This document shows positions 7,885-16,959 of a stretch of 64,000 nucleotides of DNA, one piece after another. The DNA lies in NCBI GenBank assembly GCA_016928955.1, contig JAFGJV010000027.1, positions 1 through 64,000 on the forward strand. The letters are read 5' to 3'. Position 1 is the first letter of the stretch, and each line of letters opens with the position of its first letter. The notes beneath the pieces were generated by a model, which saw nothing but the letters and a program-made list of their open reading frames with translations, was not told where the DNA came from and did not search any database. The translations under genes and the position numbers were made by a program. The stretch is from Spirochaetales bacterium. GTDB lineage: Bacteria; Spirochaetota; Spirochaetia; Treponematales; UBA12059.

Positions 7885-8477
7885 CAGTCCTCTCCGCCAA
7901 TATGCCCGTGAAGCAAGTTGCAGATCGTCGCCTCACTTAACGAGAGGAGTTTAGCGATTGCCTTTTGGCTATGCCCGCAACGCTTCAGTCTCCTGATTTC
8001 GGGTAGGAGATGATACAGCTTTGAGAAGAATCTCTTCCCCAAGGGCTGGATATGAAATTTGTGACAGTAATTCAAAACGCAGGTCGAACCAACTCCGAGA
8101 TCAGTTGCGATCTCTGCGTAACTTTTACCCTCCTTCCGCCAGTTTTCTATCGCTACGCGATGCTGGTCGAGAATAGAAGGTTTCTTTTCACTGCTTCGCC
8201 ATTTTAGCTTGGCAAGCTCGCGCGATACATTATTTCGCCCCAAGCGTAGAAAAAGCGAGATTTCGGTTATAGTTTTCCCGCTTCTTAACCAATACAAGAC
8301 TTTTTGCTTATTGGCCAAAAGAACTTCGCGGGTTTGGTTTTTTCGCGGATTAGGCGGTGTATTTGATTCCAACAAGCGAAGTCGCACGGTGCTCGGCGAG
8401 CAACCAACTTTATCAGCGATGGTGTAAATTGATTTCCCGCGTTCATAGAGATTGATAATCCTCTCGCAAGTCTTCAT
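7884..8477 (-). CDS. Protein made of four tandem helix-turn-helix repeats
   Basis: GKSIYTIADKVGCSPSTV, GKTITEISLFLRLGRNNV, GKSYAEIATDLGVGSTCV, GHSQKAIAKLLSLSEATI; GGGGAGG RBS. Confidence 0.8.
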   Translation of the reverse strand: MKTCERIINLYERGKSIYTIADKVGCSPSTVRLRLLESNTPPNPRKNQTREVLLANKQKVLYWLRSGKTITEISLFLRLGRNNVSRELAKLKWRSSEKKPSILDQHRVAIENWRKEGKSYAEIATDLGVGSTCVLNYCHKFHIQPLGKRFFSKLYHLLPEIRRLKRCGHSQKAIAKLLSLSEATICNLLHGHIGGED

Positions 8478-8867
8478 CTCGTTCCTCCCCCAATTGGCTC
8501 AAGTATCTCTAAGCCGCCTTCGTGAAACTAATCTTGCTCATAGCCGAAGCGTGAGATAGGAGTGATTTGGCCATACCGCCCAGAACATATGATCTTCGCC
8601 ATCCGCTACCTCCCCGGTGCCAACGCCTCATGGCGTAACAACGCACCTCATGTGAAGAAGGATAGCAGATCGAGAGACTATGTACATGTTCTATTTTCTT
8701 CCTGTTGTAGTATTTATATGTTTTTTATTACCCAGTTACATACAGCTTTCAACAAACGACCTTTTCCTCTTAGCTTTCCTCCAATCAATGGCTGTGCTAA
8801 TCTTTCAAGCGTCAGACTGACTCATGTAGGGCCTCAATCCCAATCACGAAACAAAGGGAATGTATTC

Positions 8868-10496
8868 ATGGTGGTACCCAAAAAGCCTCATGCTCTATTC
8901 GGTTATGCACACTACGACGTAGATGGCAAGATAATCACCGAAATAATCGAAGAACAAGCAAGGGTCATTTCCTCGATCTTTCGTTACTTCATCGATGAGC
9001 GCCTGACATTGAATGCTATCGCGACCAAGCTCAATGCTGATCCTGTCTCTTTAACAGCAATGAGTAGCGAGAAAAATGAACATCGCTTCCATGCCACGAC
9101 TATAGAAAAAATACTTAGACGCCCTGAGTATGGCGGGTATCAGAGAGATACAGATGACGACCTCGTTCCTTCGACGATATTCGAAGGTATCATTTCAGTA
9201 GAAGATTGGTACCATGCCCAATACCTTCTCAACAAAAAATCAAGCAAAAACAAGGGAAGCAAGCGACAAGTTGATCATCCATTGACCGGTATCATTAAAT
9301 GCGCTGAGTATAAAAAGAAATACTATATAAAACCAAAGGCCAACATATATTTACATTCACAGCAAGAGATATGTAAATGCAACAGTCAGAAATCAATACC
9401 AGCAAAGCACAGCGACGAACTACTGTTTTCGATCATTCTGGATTATCTAACACGCCCAGAGTTGCTGAAATACAGACTGCGGCATCATCAGATGTCATGG
9501 TACTTCGCCCATCGTGTGGCAAAAATGACTTACACTGAGCCGCTTACCTTCCCTCTTTCGAGCAAAGCAATCAGCCGTGCAGAAAAGTCGCTCTTGGCAT
9601 GGGATTCTACAATAGAAAAGTCTTCTATTGCATTTTCACGCATTGAAAGCAACTTGGTATTCGAGGCAAGAGGAATGCAATCCATACACGAAGCCATATT
9701 GCCAGAGATTAGTAGCTATACCAAGAATGCGATTCAGAAATGGTTCACTCGAATACCGAAATCAGCAAGGCTCGAACTTCTGGACGATTCGATTGAATCA
9801 ATCGAGCTTCAGGGCCGACGACTAATCATGTCCTTCTTTCAAGACTTGAAGATAACCGTAGCCATCGACTACTTCAAGAATCGATCATCACATTGGGCAA
9901 AAAGAAGAGTAGAAAACTCAAAACTCGGAAGTACCAAGTGGAATATCTTTGAAATGCCAAGTTTCATTTCTCAACACGTTAACAAACTTATCAAGCGCCT
10001 CTGTCATGATGAAGAATCTGCTGGATTGATGGCATCTAATGCTATCTGTACAAATTTCTTGAGTCGTGGGCTTATACCCGCAAACAGAAAGTTTTATTTT
10101 TCGATTAGCGACTATGTGTACATGCAAGATACCAGCATTAAAAAGGATAACATATGGTCATTCAGGTACGGCAACCAAGGCACAGTTTTTATTGAAGCAG
10201 ATGGATCACAAGAGACCGAATCACCAATCCATCGCAATGGGGAACTGATCTCGTTCCGTTTAGGCAATCAAGCCTATTTCAATGCCAAGTTCTTGCACAG
10301 CCTTCCTGAATGGTTCTACGGCCACAACTATGAATACTTTCTTGCTGACAAGCAACGAATCTGCTTCATTGAAGATGACAACAAAATTCTCGCCAAGATT
10401 CTTGGAAGAGGGGGGAAGAAGATTGAAATCGAAACGGCAAGGGCTTTCGAGATTATCATGAATAGCGAAAAGCTGAGATACATTGAGATCGATTAG
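8868..10496 (+). CDS. Large-serine-recombinase-type DNA-binding (Recombinase + Zn-ribbon-like) protein lacking the catalytic domain, with unknown C-terminal region
   Basis: LFGY...EQARVISSIF...TIEKILRRPEYGG...IISVEDW...LTGIIKC; no YxRxS resolvase motif in frame upstream. Confidence 0.7.
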   Translation: MVVPKKPHALFGYAHYDVDGKIITEIIEEQARVISSIFRYFIDERLTLNAIATKLNADPVSLTAMSSEKNEHRFHATTIEKILRRPEYGGYQRDTDDDLVPSTIFEGIISVEDWYHAQYLLNKKSSKNKGSKRQVDHPLTGIIKCAEYKKKYYIKPKANIYLHSQQEICKCNSQKSIPAKHSDELLFSIILDYLTRPELLKYRLRHHQMSWYFAHRVAKMTYTEPLTFPLSSKAISRAEKSLLAWDSTIEKSSIAFSRIESNLVFEARGMQSIHEAILPEISSYTKNAIQKWFTRIPKSARLELLDDSIESIELQGRRLIMSFFQDLKITVAIDYFKNRSSHWAKRRVENSKLGSTKWNIFEMPSFISQHVNKLIKRLCHDEESAGLMASNAICTNFLSRGLIPANRKFYFSISDYVYMQDTSIKKDNIWSFRYGNQGTVFIEADGSQETESPIHRNGELISFRLGNQAYFNAKFLHSLPEWFYGHNYEYFLADKQRICFIEDDNKILAKILGRGGKKIEIETARAFEIIMNSEKLRYIEID

Positions 10497-10572
10497 GGCT
10501 TTGTAGCAGGGAGACTGTCATGTCCCTCATAACGAACCGCAAAGGGTGATGATTGTGGTACCAAGATCATCC

Positions 10573-11001
10573 TTATTGTGGAAGCAGATTCTTACTTTCC
10601 AGCTTCAGTTGCTTCTTTGCCTTACGATAAATTTCAAGTGTTACTATTGGAGTAAGATTCTTCACTCCGACCAGCTTCCCGCGTTGCTCGATATACCCAG
10701 CATAGATTGGCCGAATGAGGGCTGTGATCCGAGCGAAAGAATAGCGATTGTTGCTTGAGTCACGGGCCTTCATCTCGTCGAGCGCGGCCTTAGTCTCGAG
10801 AAGGGTCTTTCCCGCCGCAAGCATCTCGTTGATTGTCTTGATCGCGGGCGCGAAACGCTCGTCCGGTTCGTAATGTCCTCGTACAAGGCGGTAGCCAAAG
10901 AGACGTGACATGAATACGGTCCCGCTGGAATAGTAAGCGCGGACACCGGCCTTACGTTTTTGTTTAGTGATAACATTTTTAAGGGCTTTGATAAATTCCA
11001 T
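10573..11001 (-). CDS. Stand-alone Recombinase-domain protein (142 aa)
   Basis: LFGYR...APAIKTI...LIRPIYAGY...PIVTLEIY; GGAGGA RBS. Confidence 0.75.
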   Translation of the reverse strand: MEFIKALKNVITKQKRKAGVRAYYSSGTVFMSRLFGYRLVRGHYEPDERFAPAIKTINEMLAAGKTLLETKAALDEMKARDSSNNRYSFARITALIRPIYAGYIEQRGKLVGVKNLTPIVTLEIYRKAKKQLKLESKNLLPQ

Positions 11002-11049
11002 GTACTTATTCCTCCATGGGTTTATCTTGCGTGAAGGAAGGTAAAAGTT

Positions 11050-11073
11050 AAAAAAGGCACCCTTCAGAGTGCC
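11050..11073 (-). terminator. Rho-independent terminator after integrase
   Basis: Minus strand GGCACTCTGAAGGGTGCC followed by TTTTTT. Confidence 0.7.
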
Positions 11074-11081
11074 GAATGAAG

Positions 11082-12356
11082 TTATTCAACTCCTATCAAC
11101 TCTATTTTTTCTTCTGGTCTATAATCAGGATCAGGAGTTGACTTGACCGGATCAGAAGGGCTTTCTTGTCCCAGCTTCTCTTGCCAGATAGCGGCTACTT
11201 GAGAGTCATACTTCATTTTCATGGTTTTGAGAGTAGAAGCATAGTTTGGATGGGAGTATCGGGCTATCATTGAAGCACTCTTATGCCCAGTAAAGGCCAT
11301 CACATCTTCGATTGGCATCTTTTCAGCCAAAGCAGTTGTGAAGGTGTGCCGAAAGCTATGGACTACTAAATTCCTTTTTGGATCGAATCCCTGTTGCTTT
11401 AGAACACGCTTGAAGAAATGCAGGACAGAATCACCTCGGACGTGATCGTCTCCCTTTCTATTGTAGAATAAGTAGTTGTCATCTCCCTTTTTGGGAGTGG
11501 CATCGTACCAGCACTTCAGATGAGCAAGTGTTTGCTTCGGAAGGATAAGAACTCTTGGCGTATCTGTCTTGGTAGCGCCACTTTTTCCAGAATACTTGAT
11601 TGCCTTATCAACTATGATTCCACCATCTTCGAAGCTGATCTTGTGCCATCGGAGTGCTTGAATTTCTCCCGAGCGAAGTCCAGAGGTAAGGAAAAGACTA
11701 TATAGAGCAACTCTCTCATCGCTTTTCCAGATTTTTAGAAGCTCTGCCTTATCTTCGGGAAACAAACGCTTTATATCTTCAGGCTCAAGCGTATCACGAG
11801 GCTTGTAGGTTGATTGCGACATCGGGTCTGTATCTCGAATGACATTGGTTTGGACAATGCCATGCCTCTTTGCAATATCGAGAATTTGGATAAGGGTCCG
11901 TCTAATCCTATTCACCGTGCCATCAGCGACTTTATGCGGATGGAGACCTTTGGTTAGAACCTTTCCAGATTCGATGTCTTCCAGCCAATGATCCCAATGA
12001 ACTGGGGATAAGTCTTTCAGCTTGATGTCACCAAATGCTGGAAGGATGTAGTTTTCCAGTCTGGATCGCTCATCTCCCAGAGTCCTCTCATCGACTGGCT
12101 TTCCTGTCCTGCGGCGGCTGGCGGCATATGGGCACTTATCGATGATATAAAAGTCTTTAGTGTACTCCTTCAGGGACGGGTCACTTTTGCCCTTGTTTTT
12201 AAGCATATCCTCACAATAGAGGATAGCCTCTCGCCTTGTTGTCTTTCCCGTTGACCGTGCCGCTGGTCTTTTCGTGTCGTAGCCCATTCTATAGAGATAA
12301 GGGCCACCTTTTATCTCTGGTTTGATCAGCGTGTACGGTTGCTTCGTTCTTCCCAT
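11082..12356 (-). CDS. int: Tyrosine recombinase / phage integrase
   Basis: GLRSGE (R), HSFRH (HxxR), GH...RYSH (H, Y); adjacent to tRNA. Confidence 0.95.
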   Translation of the reverse strand: MGRTKQPYTLIKPEIKGGPYLYRMGYDTKRPAARSTGKTTRREAILYCEDMLKNKGKSDPSLKEYTKDFYIIDKCPYAASRRRTGKPVDERTLGDERSRLENYILPAFGDIKLKDLSPVHWDHWLEDIESGKVLTKGLHPHKVADGTVNRIRRTLIQILDIAKRHGIVQTNVIRDTDPMSQSTYKPRDTLEPEDIKRLFPEDKAELLKIWKSDERVALYSLFLTSGLRSGEIQALRWHKISFEDGGIIVDKAIKYSGKSGATKTDTPRVLILPKQTLAHLKCWYDATPKKGDDNYLFYNRKGDDHVRGDSVLHFFKRVLKQQGFDPKRNLVVHSFRHTFTTALAEKMPIEDVMAFTGHKSASMIARYSHPNYASTLKTMKMKYDSQVAAIWQEKLGQESPSDPVKSTPDPDYRPEEKIELIGVE

Positions 12357-12509
12357 GGTCTCTCCTTTGCCCAGCCTTTTACTCGGGCGGCATTCCCTTC
12401 GGGTGCCTCACAAGGAACTATGCTTTTTTGAGCAGTAGTTCGGAGATTTGGGTTGGAAAACGGAGAAATCGCTGAAATGGTCGGTTTAGTGGTCGCATTT
12501 GGAACGGAA

Positions 12510-12558
12510 AACGAAAATGCCGAAGCCATCTTGTTACGATGACTTCGGCATTTCGTTG
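12510..12558 (-). terminator. Hairpin downstream of the tRNA (terminator and/or att-arm element)
   Basis: AAATGCCGAAGCCATC / GATGACTTCGGCATTT inverted repeat; T-rich tail on the minus strand. Confidence 0.55.
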
Positions 12559-12588
12559 TAAGAAAAAGAAATACACTAATCAGCTTCG

Positions 12589-12661
12589 AGCCGAGACCGG
12601 GAATCGAACCCGGTACCTGCGCATTACGAGTGCGCCGCTCTGCCAAGTGAGCTATCTCGGC
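12589..12661 (-). tRNA. tRNA-Thr (CGT), CCA not encoded
   Basis: GCCGAGATAGCTCACTTGGCAGAGCGGCGCACTCGTAATGCGCAGGTACCGGGTTCGATTCCCGGTCTCGGCT folds as a cloverleaf; anticodon loop CTCGTAA. Confidence 0.97.
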
Positions 12662-12729
12662 GATCGGGCGCAACTATAGCAAAAAATCCGGATACAAGGC
12701 AAGGGGATGCTTCCTGCCTTAGCAGGCTG

Positions 12730-14463
12730 TTAAATGCCGGCAAGGAAGTCCAGAAGCTCCTTCCTGAAGCGCTCAGCATTCTCGACCATGGGCGAGTGGC
12801 CCGCGTCGTCCCAGATGGATAGCTTTGCGTTTTTGTATGCGGCCGCCGTTTCCCTGGCCATGGCTTCCGTGACGATCACGTCCTTGCGCCCCCACAGTAC
12901 CAGCACGGGGCCCGTAAACGCTCCGGCGCGGCCGGCATAATCAAAGCGCTCCAGGGCCCGGGCGTTCCCGGCGTACGCGTGCGGGGCCATCAGCATGGCG
13001 TCGTCCGCCAGATTATCCAGCAGGCGCTCGTCCTTGAGCGTGGGCGCAACGCCGGAGAGGGCCTTGCGCATGAGGTCGCGGCTGGTGCGGTACAGCTCTA
13101 TCACGGGATAGTGCTCCTCCGGGGTCTTGAGTCCGGATGGCGACGCGGAGTCCACAAGGACTATGCCTGCCGCCAGCTCGGGCTTTCTAGCCGCCAGCGA
13201 CATGACCACGGCCCCGCCCAGGCTGTGCCCTACCACCACTGGCCGCTTGAGGCCGAGGACATCGATGAAGGCCGCCAGACTGTCCGCGTACGCGTCGATA
13301 TCGGCCACATCCAGGGCGTCGGAGCGGCCAAAGTTCGGCAGGTCGGGGGCCACGGTCCTCCAGCCTGGCAGGTCCATCGCGTCACGCCACCACAGGCAGG
13401 AGCCGGTGTTGCCGTGCACCAGCACCACGGGTCGCCCCTCGCCGGCTTCCCGGTAAAACATGTTTTTCCCGGACACCACTACGCTCGAACCGTCCATGCT
13501 TGTCCTCCGGCGGCGGATTTTTCTCAGGAGCCATAGGTAGGGTACCTGCAGGCGCTTGTGCCAATTCAGGGTCGCGCCCCAGGCTATGCCCCTGGGGAAA
13601 AATAGGGTAAAGGCCACAAGGAGCCCGCCTATGATGACGGACAGCCAGGGTCCGAATCCCCTGCTGAAGAAGAAGCGCAGTCCGACAATGATGACGGCGC
13701 CCGCAAGACCGCCTTGGTACGAGCCCAGGCCGCCTATCATGATCATGGCCAGGAGGTCCAGCGAGCGTCCCAGGCCAAAGTCGGCCGAGCGGATATACCC
13801 CACCGTATGCGCGTAGAGAGAACCGGCCACGCCGCCGTAAAACGCGCTCAGGGTAAACGCCGACAGCTTGGCCCTGGCCGTGTCCACGCCGAAGGATCGT
13901 GCCGGTGTTTCGCCGTCCCTCACCATGCGCCAGCGGAGGCCCACGGGGCTTTCTGCCACGCGACGCGCGGCCCACAGCAACACCAGGTAGAAGGCCAGGT
14001 TGAACAGGTAGGTCCACAGCTCGCCCGGCAGGAAACTCGGTATGTTGCGTATGCCGTCATGCGCGCCCAGCGCGGGGATCACCGCTATCAATTGCTCCAC
14101 CACCACGCCAAACGCCATGGTCGCTATGGCCAGGTAGAAGCCCTTCATGCGCAAGGCCGGGAGCCCTATCAAAAAGCCAAAGACGGCGGCGGCCAAGCCC
14201 CCCAGAACGGCGGCCAGGGGCACGGGCACGCCCAGCCTGGTCGCCAGCACCACGCTGGCGTACGCGCCTATGGACATGAACGCGGCGTTTCCTATGGACA
14301 CCTGCCCGGCCATGCCCGTAAGCAGGTTCAGTCCCAGGGCCGCGATGGAGAACACGACAATCTGGGACAGGATGACCAGGATAAAGCTCTGCCCGGAAAA
14401 CACGGCCCCGGCCAGGATGCCGACAGCGGCCGTAACGGCCATGTATCGCAGCGTTCCGCGCAT
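12730..14463 (-). CDS. HAAT (LivM-type) ABC permease fused in frame to an alpha/beta-hydrolase
   Basis: N-terminal GLNLLTGMAGQVSIG permease; C-terminal HGNTG, GHSLGG, WGRKD and GHSP hydrolase motifs; start MRGTLR. Confidence 0.85.
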   Translation of the reverse strand: MRGTLRYMAVTAAVGILAGAVFSGQSFILVILSQIVVFSIAALGLNLLTGMAGQVSIGNAAFMSIGAYASVVLATRLGVPVPLAAVLGGLAAAVFGFLIGLPALRMKGFYLAIATMAFGVVVEQLIAVIPALGAHDGIRNIPSFLPGELWTYLFNLAFYLVLLWAARRVAESPVGLRWRMVRDGETPARSFGVDTARAKLSAFTLSAFYGGVAGSLYAHTVGYIRSADFGLGRSLDLLAMIMIGGLGSYQGGLAGAVIIVGLRFFFSRGFGPWLSVIIGGLLVAFTLFFPRGIAWGATLNWHKRLQVPYLWLLRKIRRRRTSMDGSSVVVSGKNMFYREAGEGRPVVLVHGNTGSCLWWRDAMDLPGWRTVAPDLPNFGRSDALDVADIDAYADSLAAFIDVLGLKRPVVVGHSLGGAVVMSLAARKPELAAGIVLVDSASPSGLKTPEEHYPVIELYRTSRDLMRKALSGVAPTLKDERLLDNLADDAMLMAPHAYAGNARALERFDYAGRAGAFTGPVLVLWGRKDVIVTEAMARETAAAYKNAKLSIWDDAGHSPMVENAERFRKELLDFLAGI

Positions 14464-14465
14464 GG

Positions 14466-15410
14466 TCACACCTTGCCCTTGAATTTGCTGGCAAAGAGGC
14501 CCGTGGGCCTCGCCGCCAGGGTTACGATGATGATGATGAGCACCACGGACAGCTGGAAGTCCACTGCGTTGACCCCGGCGACGCCGCCTGCCATGAAAGC
14601 CTCGTCCAGGCCAAGCACCACCAGCTTCTCGATCACGCCCAGGGCCAGGCCGCCTATCACGGCGCCCATCATGCTGGAAAAGCCTCCGAACACGGCCGCG
14701 GTAAAGCCGTACAGCTGGAGGTTGACCAGCATGGTCGGCGCCACCGTGGTCTTGGGGGCGATCAGGAAGCCGGCCAGCACGGCGGACGCCACGCCCACGG
14801 ACCAGGCCAGGGTGTCGCTCGCGGCCACGTTTATGCCCACGGCCTTGGCGCCCACTTCGTCCTGGGCACGCGCCCTGGCCGCCAGCCCGGGCTTGGACCA
14901 GCGGAAGAACGCCGCCAGGAGCAAGGCCGAACCCAGGGCCGCAAGGAAGGTGCGGAGGTCGTTGCCGGGTATGATCAGGGGCATGCCCGAAGGATTGAGC
15001 GCGGGCGGCAGGGTCCACAGTATGGGCAGGCCTGAGAACAGGTCCGGAAACAGAAGCGGCTCGGTGCCCCACACGATCAAAGCCAGCCCGTCCAGGATCA
15101 TGAGCACGCCCAGGGTGATGATCAGCATGGATCCGTGTGACAGGCCGCGGACGCGCTTCATGAGCACCCGGTCCATGAAAGCTCCCAAAACTGCGCCGGC
15201 GGCCAGCCCCGCCACTATGCCGGCGGGCAGGCTCTTGGTCAGGACCAGCACGGTCCAGCCCACGAACACGCCCACCATGCCCGCGTTGCCGTGCGCAAAG
15301 TTCATCACGCCGGCCGTGCCGAACACCAGGGACAGGCCAAAGCCCATGAGCCCGTACAGGGCCCCCTGGGGCAGGCCGAAGATTATAGACTGCAGTAGCT
15401 TAACCAGCAT
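14466..15410 (-). CDS. HAAT ABC permease (LivH-type)
   Basis: GLSLVFGTAGVMNFAHG; multiple TM helices. Confidence 0.9.
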   Translation of the reverse strand: MLVKLLQSIIFGLPQGALYGLMGFGLSLVFGTAGVMNFAHGNAGMVGVFVGWTVLVLTKSLPAGIVAGLAAGAVLGAFMDRVLMKRVRGLSHGSMLIITLGVLMILDGLALIVWGTEPLLFPDLFSGLPILWTLPPALNPSGMPLIIPGNDLRTFLAALGSALLLAAFFRWSKPGLAARARAQDEVGAKAVGINVAASDTLAWSVGVASAVLAGFLIAPKTTVAPTMLVNLQLYGFTAAVFGGFSSMMGAVIGGLALGVIEKLVVLGLDEAFMAGGVAGVNAVDFQLSVVLIIIIVTLAARPTGLFASKFKGKV

Positions 15411-15419
15411 GCCCCGCTC

Positions 15420-16115
15420 CTAAATTCCCAGATAGGCCGAGCGAACGCGCCCGTCGTTCAAAAGCTCGCGCGCCCTGCCTTCCATGACCACGCGTCCCGT
15501 TTCCAGGATGTAGGCGCGGTCTGCAAAGCCCAGGGCCTTAACCGCGTTCTGCTCCACCAGGAGCATGGCCATGCCCGTTGCCCTCAGCCTGCCCAGGGCC
15601 TCGAACACCTGGTCCACCAGCACGGGCGCCAGTCCCAAAGACGGCTCGTCCAGCATCAAAAGCTCGGGTTCGGCCATCAGGGCGCGGCCTATGGCCAGCA
15701 TCTGCTGCTCGCCTCCGGACAGGTAGCCGGCCGCCTGGCGCCTGCGCTCGGCCAGGCGCGGGAAGAGTTCATAGGCTTTTTCCAGGCCCTGCCTGGCCCT
15801 GCCCCGTCGGTACGCGCCCAGCCTGAGGTTCTCCTCCACAGGGAGCTCGGGGAACACGTGCCTGCCCTCGGGGCACAGCACCAGTCCATCTTTGACGCGA
15901 CCATGGGACGGCAGGACGCCAAGATCCCGCCCGCGGTACACAGCCGCTCCTCGGGACTCAACGATGCCGGCCAGGCCCAGGAGCAGGGAACTTTTACCGG
16001 CTCCGTTTGCGCCTATCACGGCCACCGCTTCCTTGTCGCCCACCGCTATGGACACGCCCTTCAAGGCCTCGATCTTGCCGTAGGACACGGCAAAGGCCGT
16101 GGTCTCAAGCACCAT
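15420..16115 (-). CDS. ABC ATPase (LivF-type)
   Basis: GANGAGKS, LSGGEQQM, LDEPSLGLAP. Confidence 0.92.
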   Translation of the reverse strand: MVLETTAFAVSYGKIEALKGVSIAVGDKEAVAVIGANGAGKSSLLLGLAGIVESRGAAVYRGRDLGVLPSHGRVKDGLVLCPEGRHVFPELPVEENLRLGAYRRGRARQGLEKAYELFPRLAERRRQAAGYLSGGEQQMLAIGRALMAEPELLMLDEPSLGLAPVLVDQVFEALGRLRATGMAMLLVEQNAVKALGFADRAYILETGRVVMEGRARELLNDGRVRSAYLGI

Positions 16116-16866
16116 GGTCGTCCCCCAGGTACACCTTGATGACATCCGGATTGGCGGCCACCTCGGCGGGCCGGCCGCCGGCTATCAGGCGGCCGAAATC
16201 CATCACCGTGACGCTGTCCGATATGCGCATCACCAGGCTCATGTCGTGCTCGACCAGCAGGATGGTCAGACCCCGCGCCTTGAGCAGGGACAGGGTCTCG
16301 TCCAGCTCTGCCGTCTCGTCGTTGTTAAGGCCAGCCGCCGGTTCGTCCAGCAGGAGGATAGACGGTTCGGCTGCCAGGGCCCGGGCCAGCTCGACTTTCT
16401 TGAGGATGCCGTAGGGCAGGCCGCCGGCCAGGGAACCCAGCCTGTTCTGTATGCCAAAGAGCTCGGCCGCGGCTCGCGCCTTGTCCTCGGCCTCCTTCTG
16501 GAACGTCCGGTGCGCGCCGGCCATGGCCGCAAATATCCCGCCCTTCCAAAGATGCGTAAGCCCGGCCATGATGTTGTCCCGGACCGTCTGGAAAGGCGAC
16601 AACTGCAGGTTCTGGAAGGTCCTCACCACCCCGCGCCTGATGACGGCGTCAGCGCGCTCGCCGGCCAGGGAGCGGCCGTCCAGGACTATGTCGCCTTCCT
16701 GAATGTCCACAAGGCGCGTGATGGCGTTGAACAGGGTCGTCTTGCCGGCGCCGTTCGGGCCTATCAGCGAATGGATGGTGCCGCGCTCCACGCGCAGGCT
16801 CATGTCCTTGACGGCCGTGAGGCCCCCGAAGCGTACCGTGACGCCCCTGCATTCCAGCATCGTCAT
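16105..16866 (-). CDS. ABC ATPase (LivG-type)
   Basis: GPNGAGKT, LPYG, LLDEPAAG, VYLG. Confidence 0.92.
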   Translation of the reverse strand: MTMLECRGVTVRFGGLTAVKDMSLRVERGTIHSLIGPNGAGKTTLFNAITRLVDIQEGDIVLDGRSLAGERADAVIRRGVVRTFQNLQLSPFQTVRDNIMAGLTHLWKGGIFAAMAGAHRTFQKEAEDKARAAAELFGIQNRLGSLAGGLPYGILKKVELARALAAEPSILLLDEPAAGLNNDETAELDETLSLLKARGLTILLVEHDMSLVMRISDSVTVMDFGRLIAGGRPAEVAANPDVIKVYLGDDHGA

Positions 16867-16908
16867 CCCCCGAGTGTAACGCCCCTAAGAGCTGGGCGCG
16901 AACGATTC

Positions 16909-16940
16909 AAAACGGCCCGACGGGCTTACACCGCCGGGCC
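16909..16940 (-). terminator. Stem-loop after substrate-binding gene
   Basis: GGCCCGGCGG/CCGTCGGGCC stem plus T-run on the minus strand. Confidence 0.5.
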
Positions 16941-16959
16941 TGTCCTCAACACGGAGAAC

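Larger units (their letters stand above)
1..12588. mobile_element. tRNA-Thr-integrated element (phage-satellite/PICI-like or integrative replicon); left boundary outside window
   Basis: Abrupt composition switch at the tRNA (AT-richer left, GC-rich right); tyrosine integrase next to the tRNA 3' end; primase-helicase plus ori-like repeats; defence/modification cargo; no duplicate of the tRNA 3' end seen in the window. Confidence 0.9.

Noticed and set aside
8562..8867. N-terminal extension of the 644-aa ORF as a recombinase catalytic domain
   Set aside because: No YxRxS or other resolvase motif; AT-rich divergent intergenic character
1..12500. Second att site (duplicate of the tRNA 3' end)
   Set aside because: Not found by eye; presumably left of the window
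12326..12673. 115-aa ORF upstream of int
   Set aside because: It reads through the tRNA-Thr gene; spurious
14464..15072. N-terminal 200 aa of the 780-aa ORF
   Set aside because: Out-of-frame overlap with the LivH gene and Arg/Gly/Pro-rich shadow sequence; the true start is 14463
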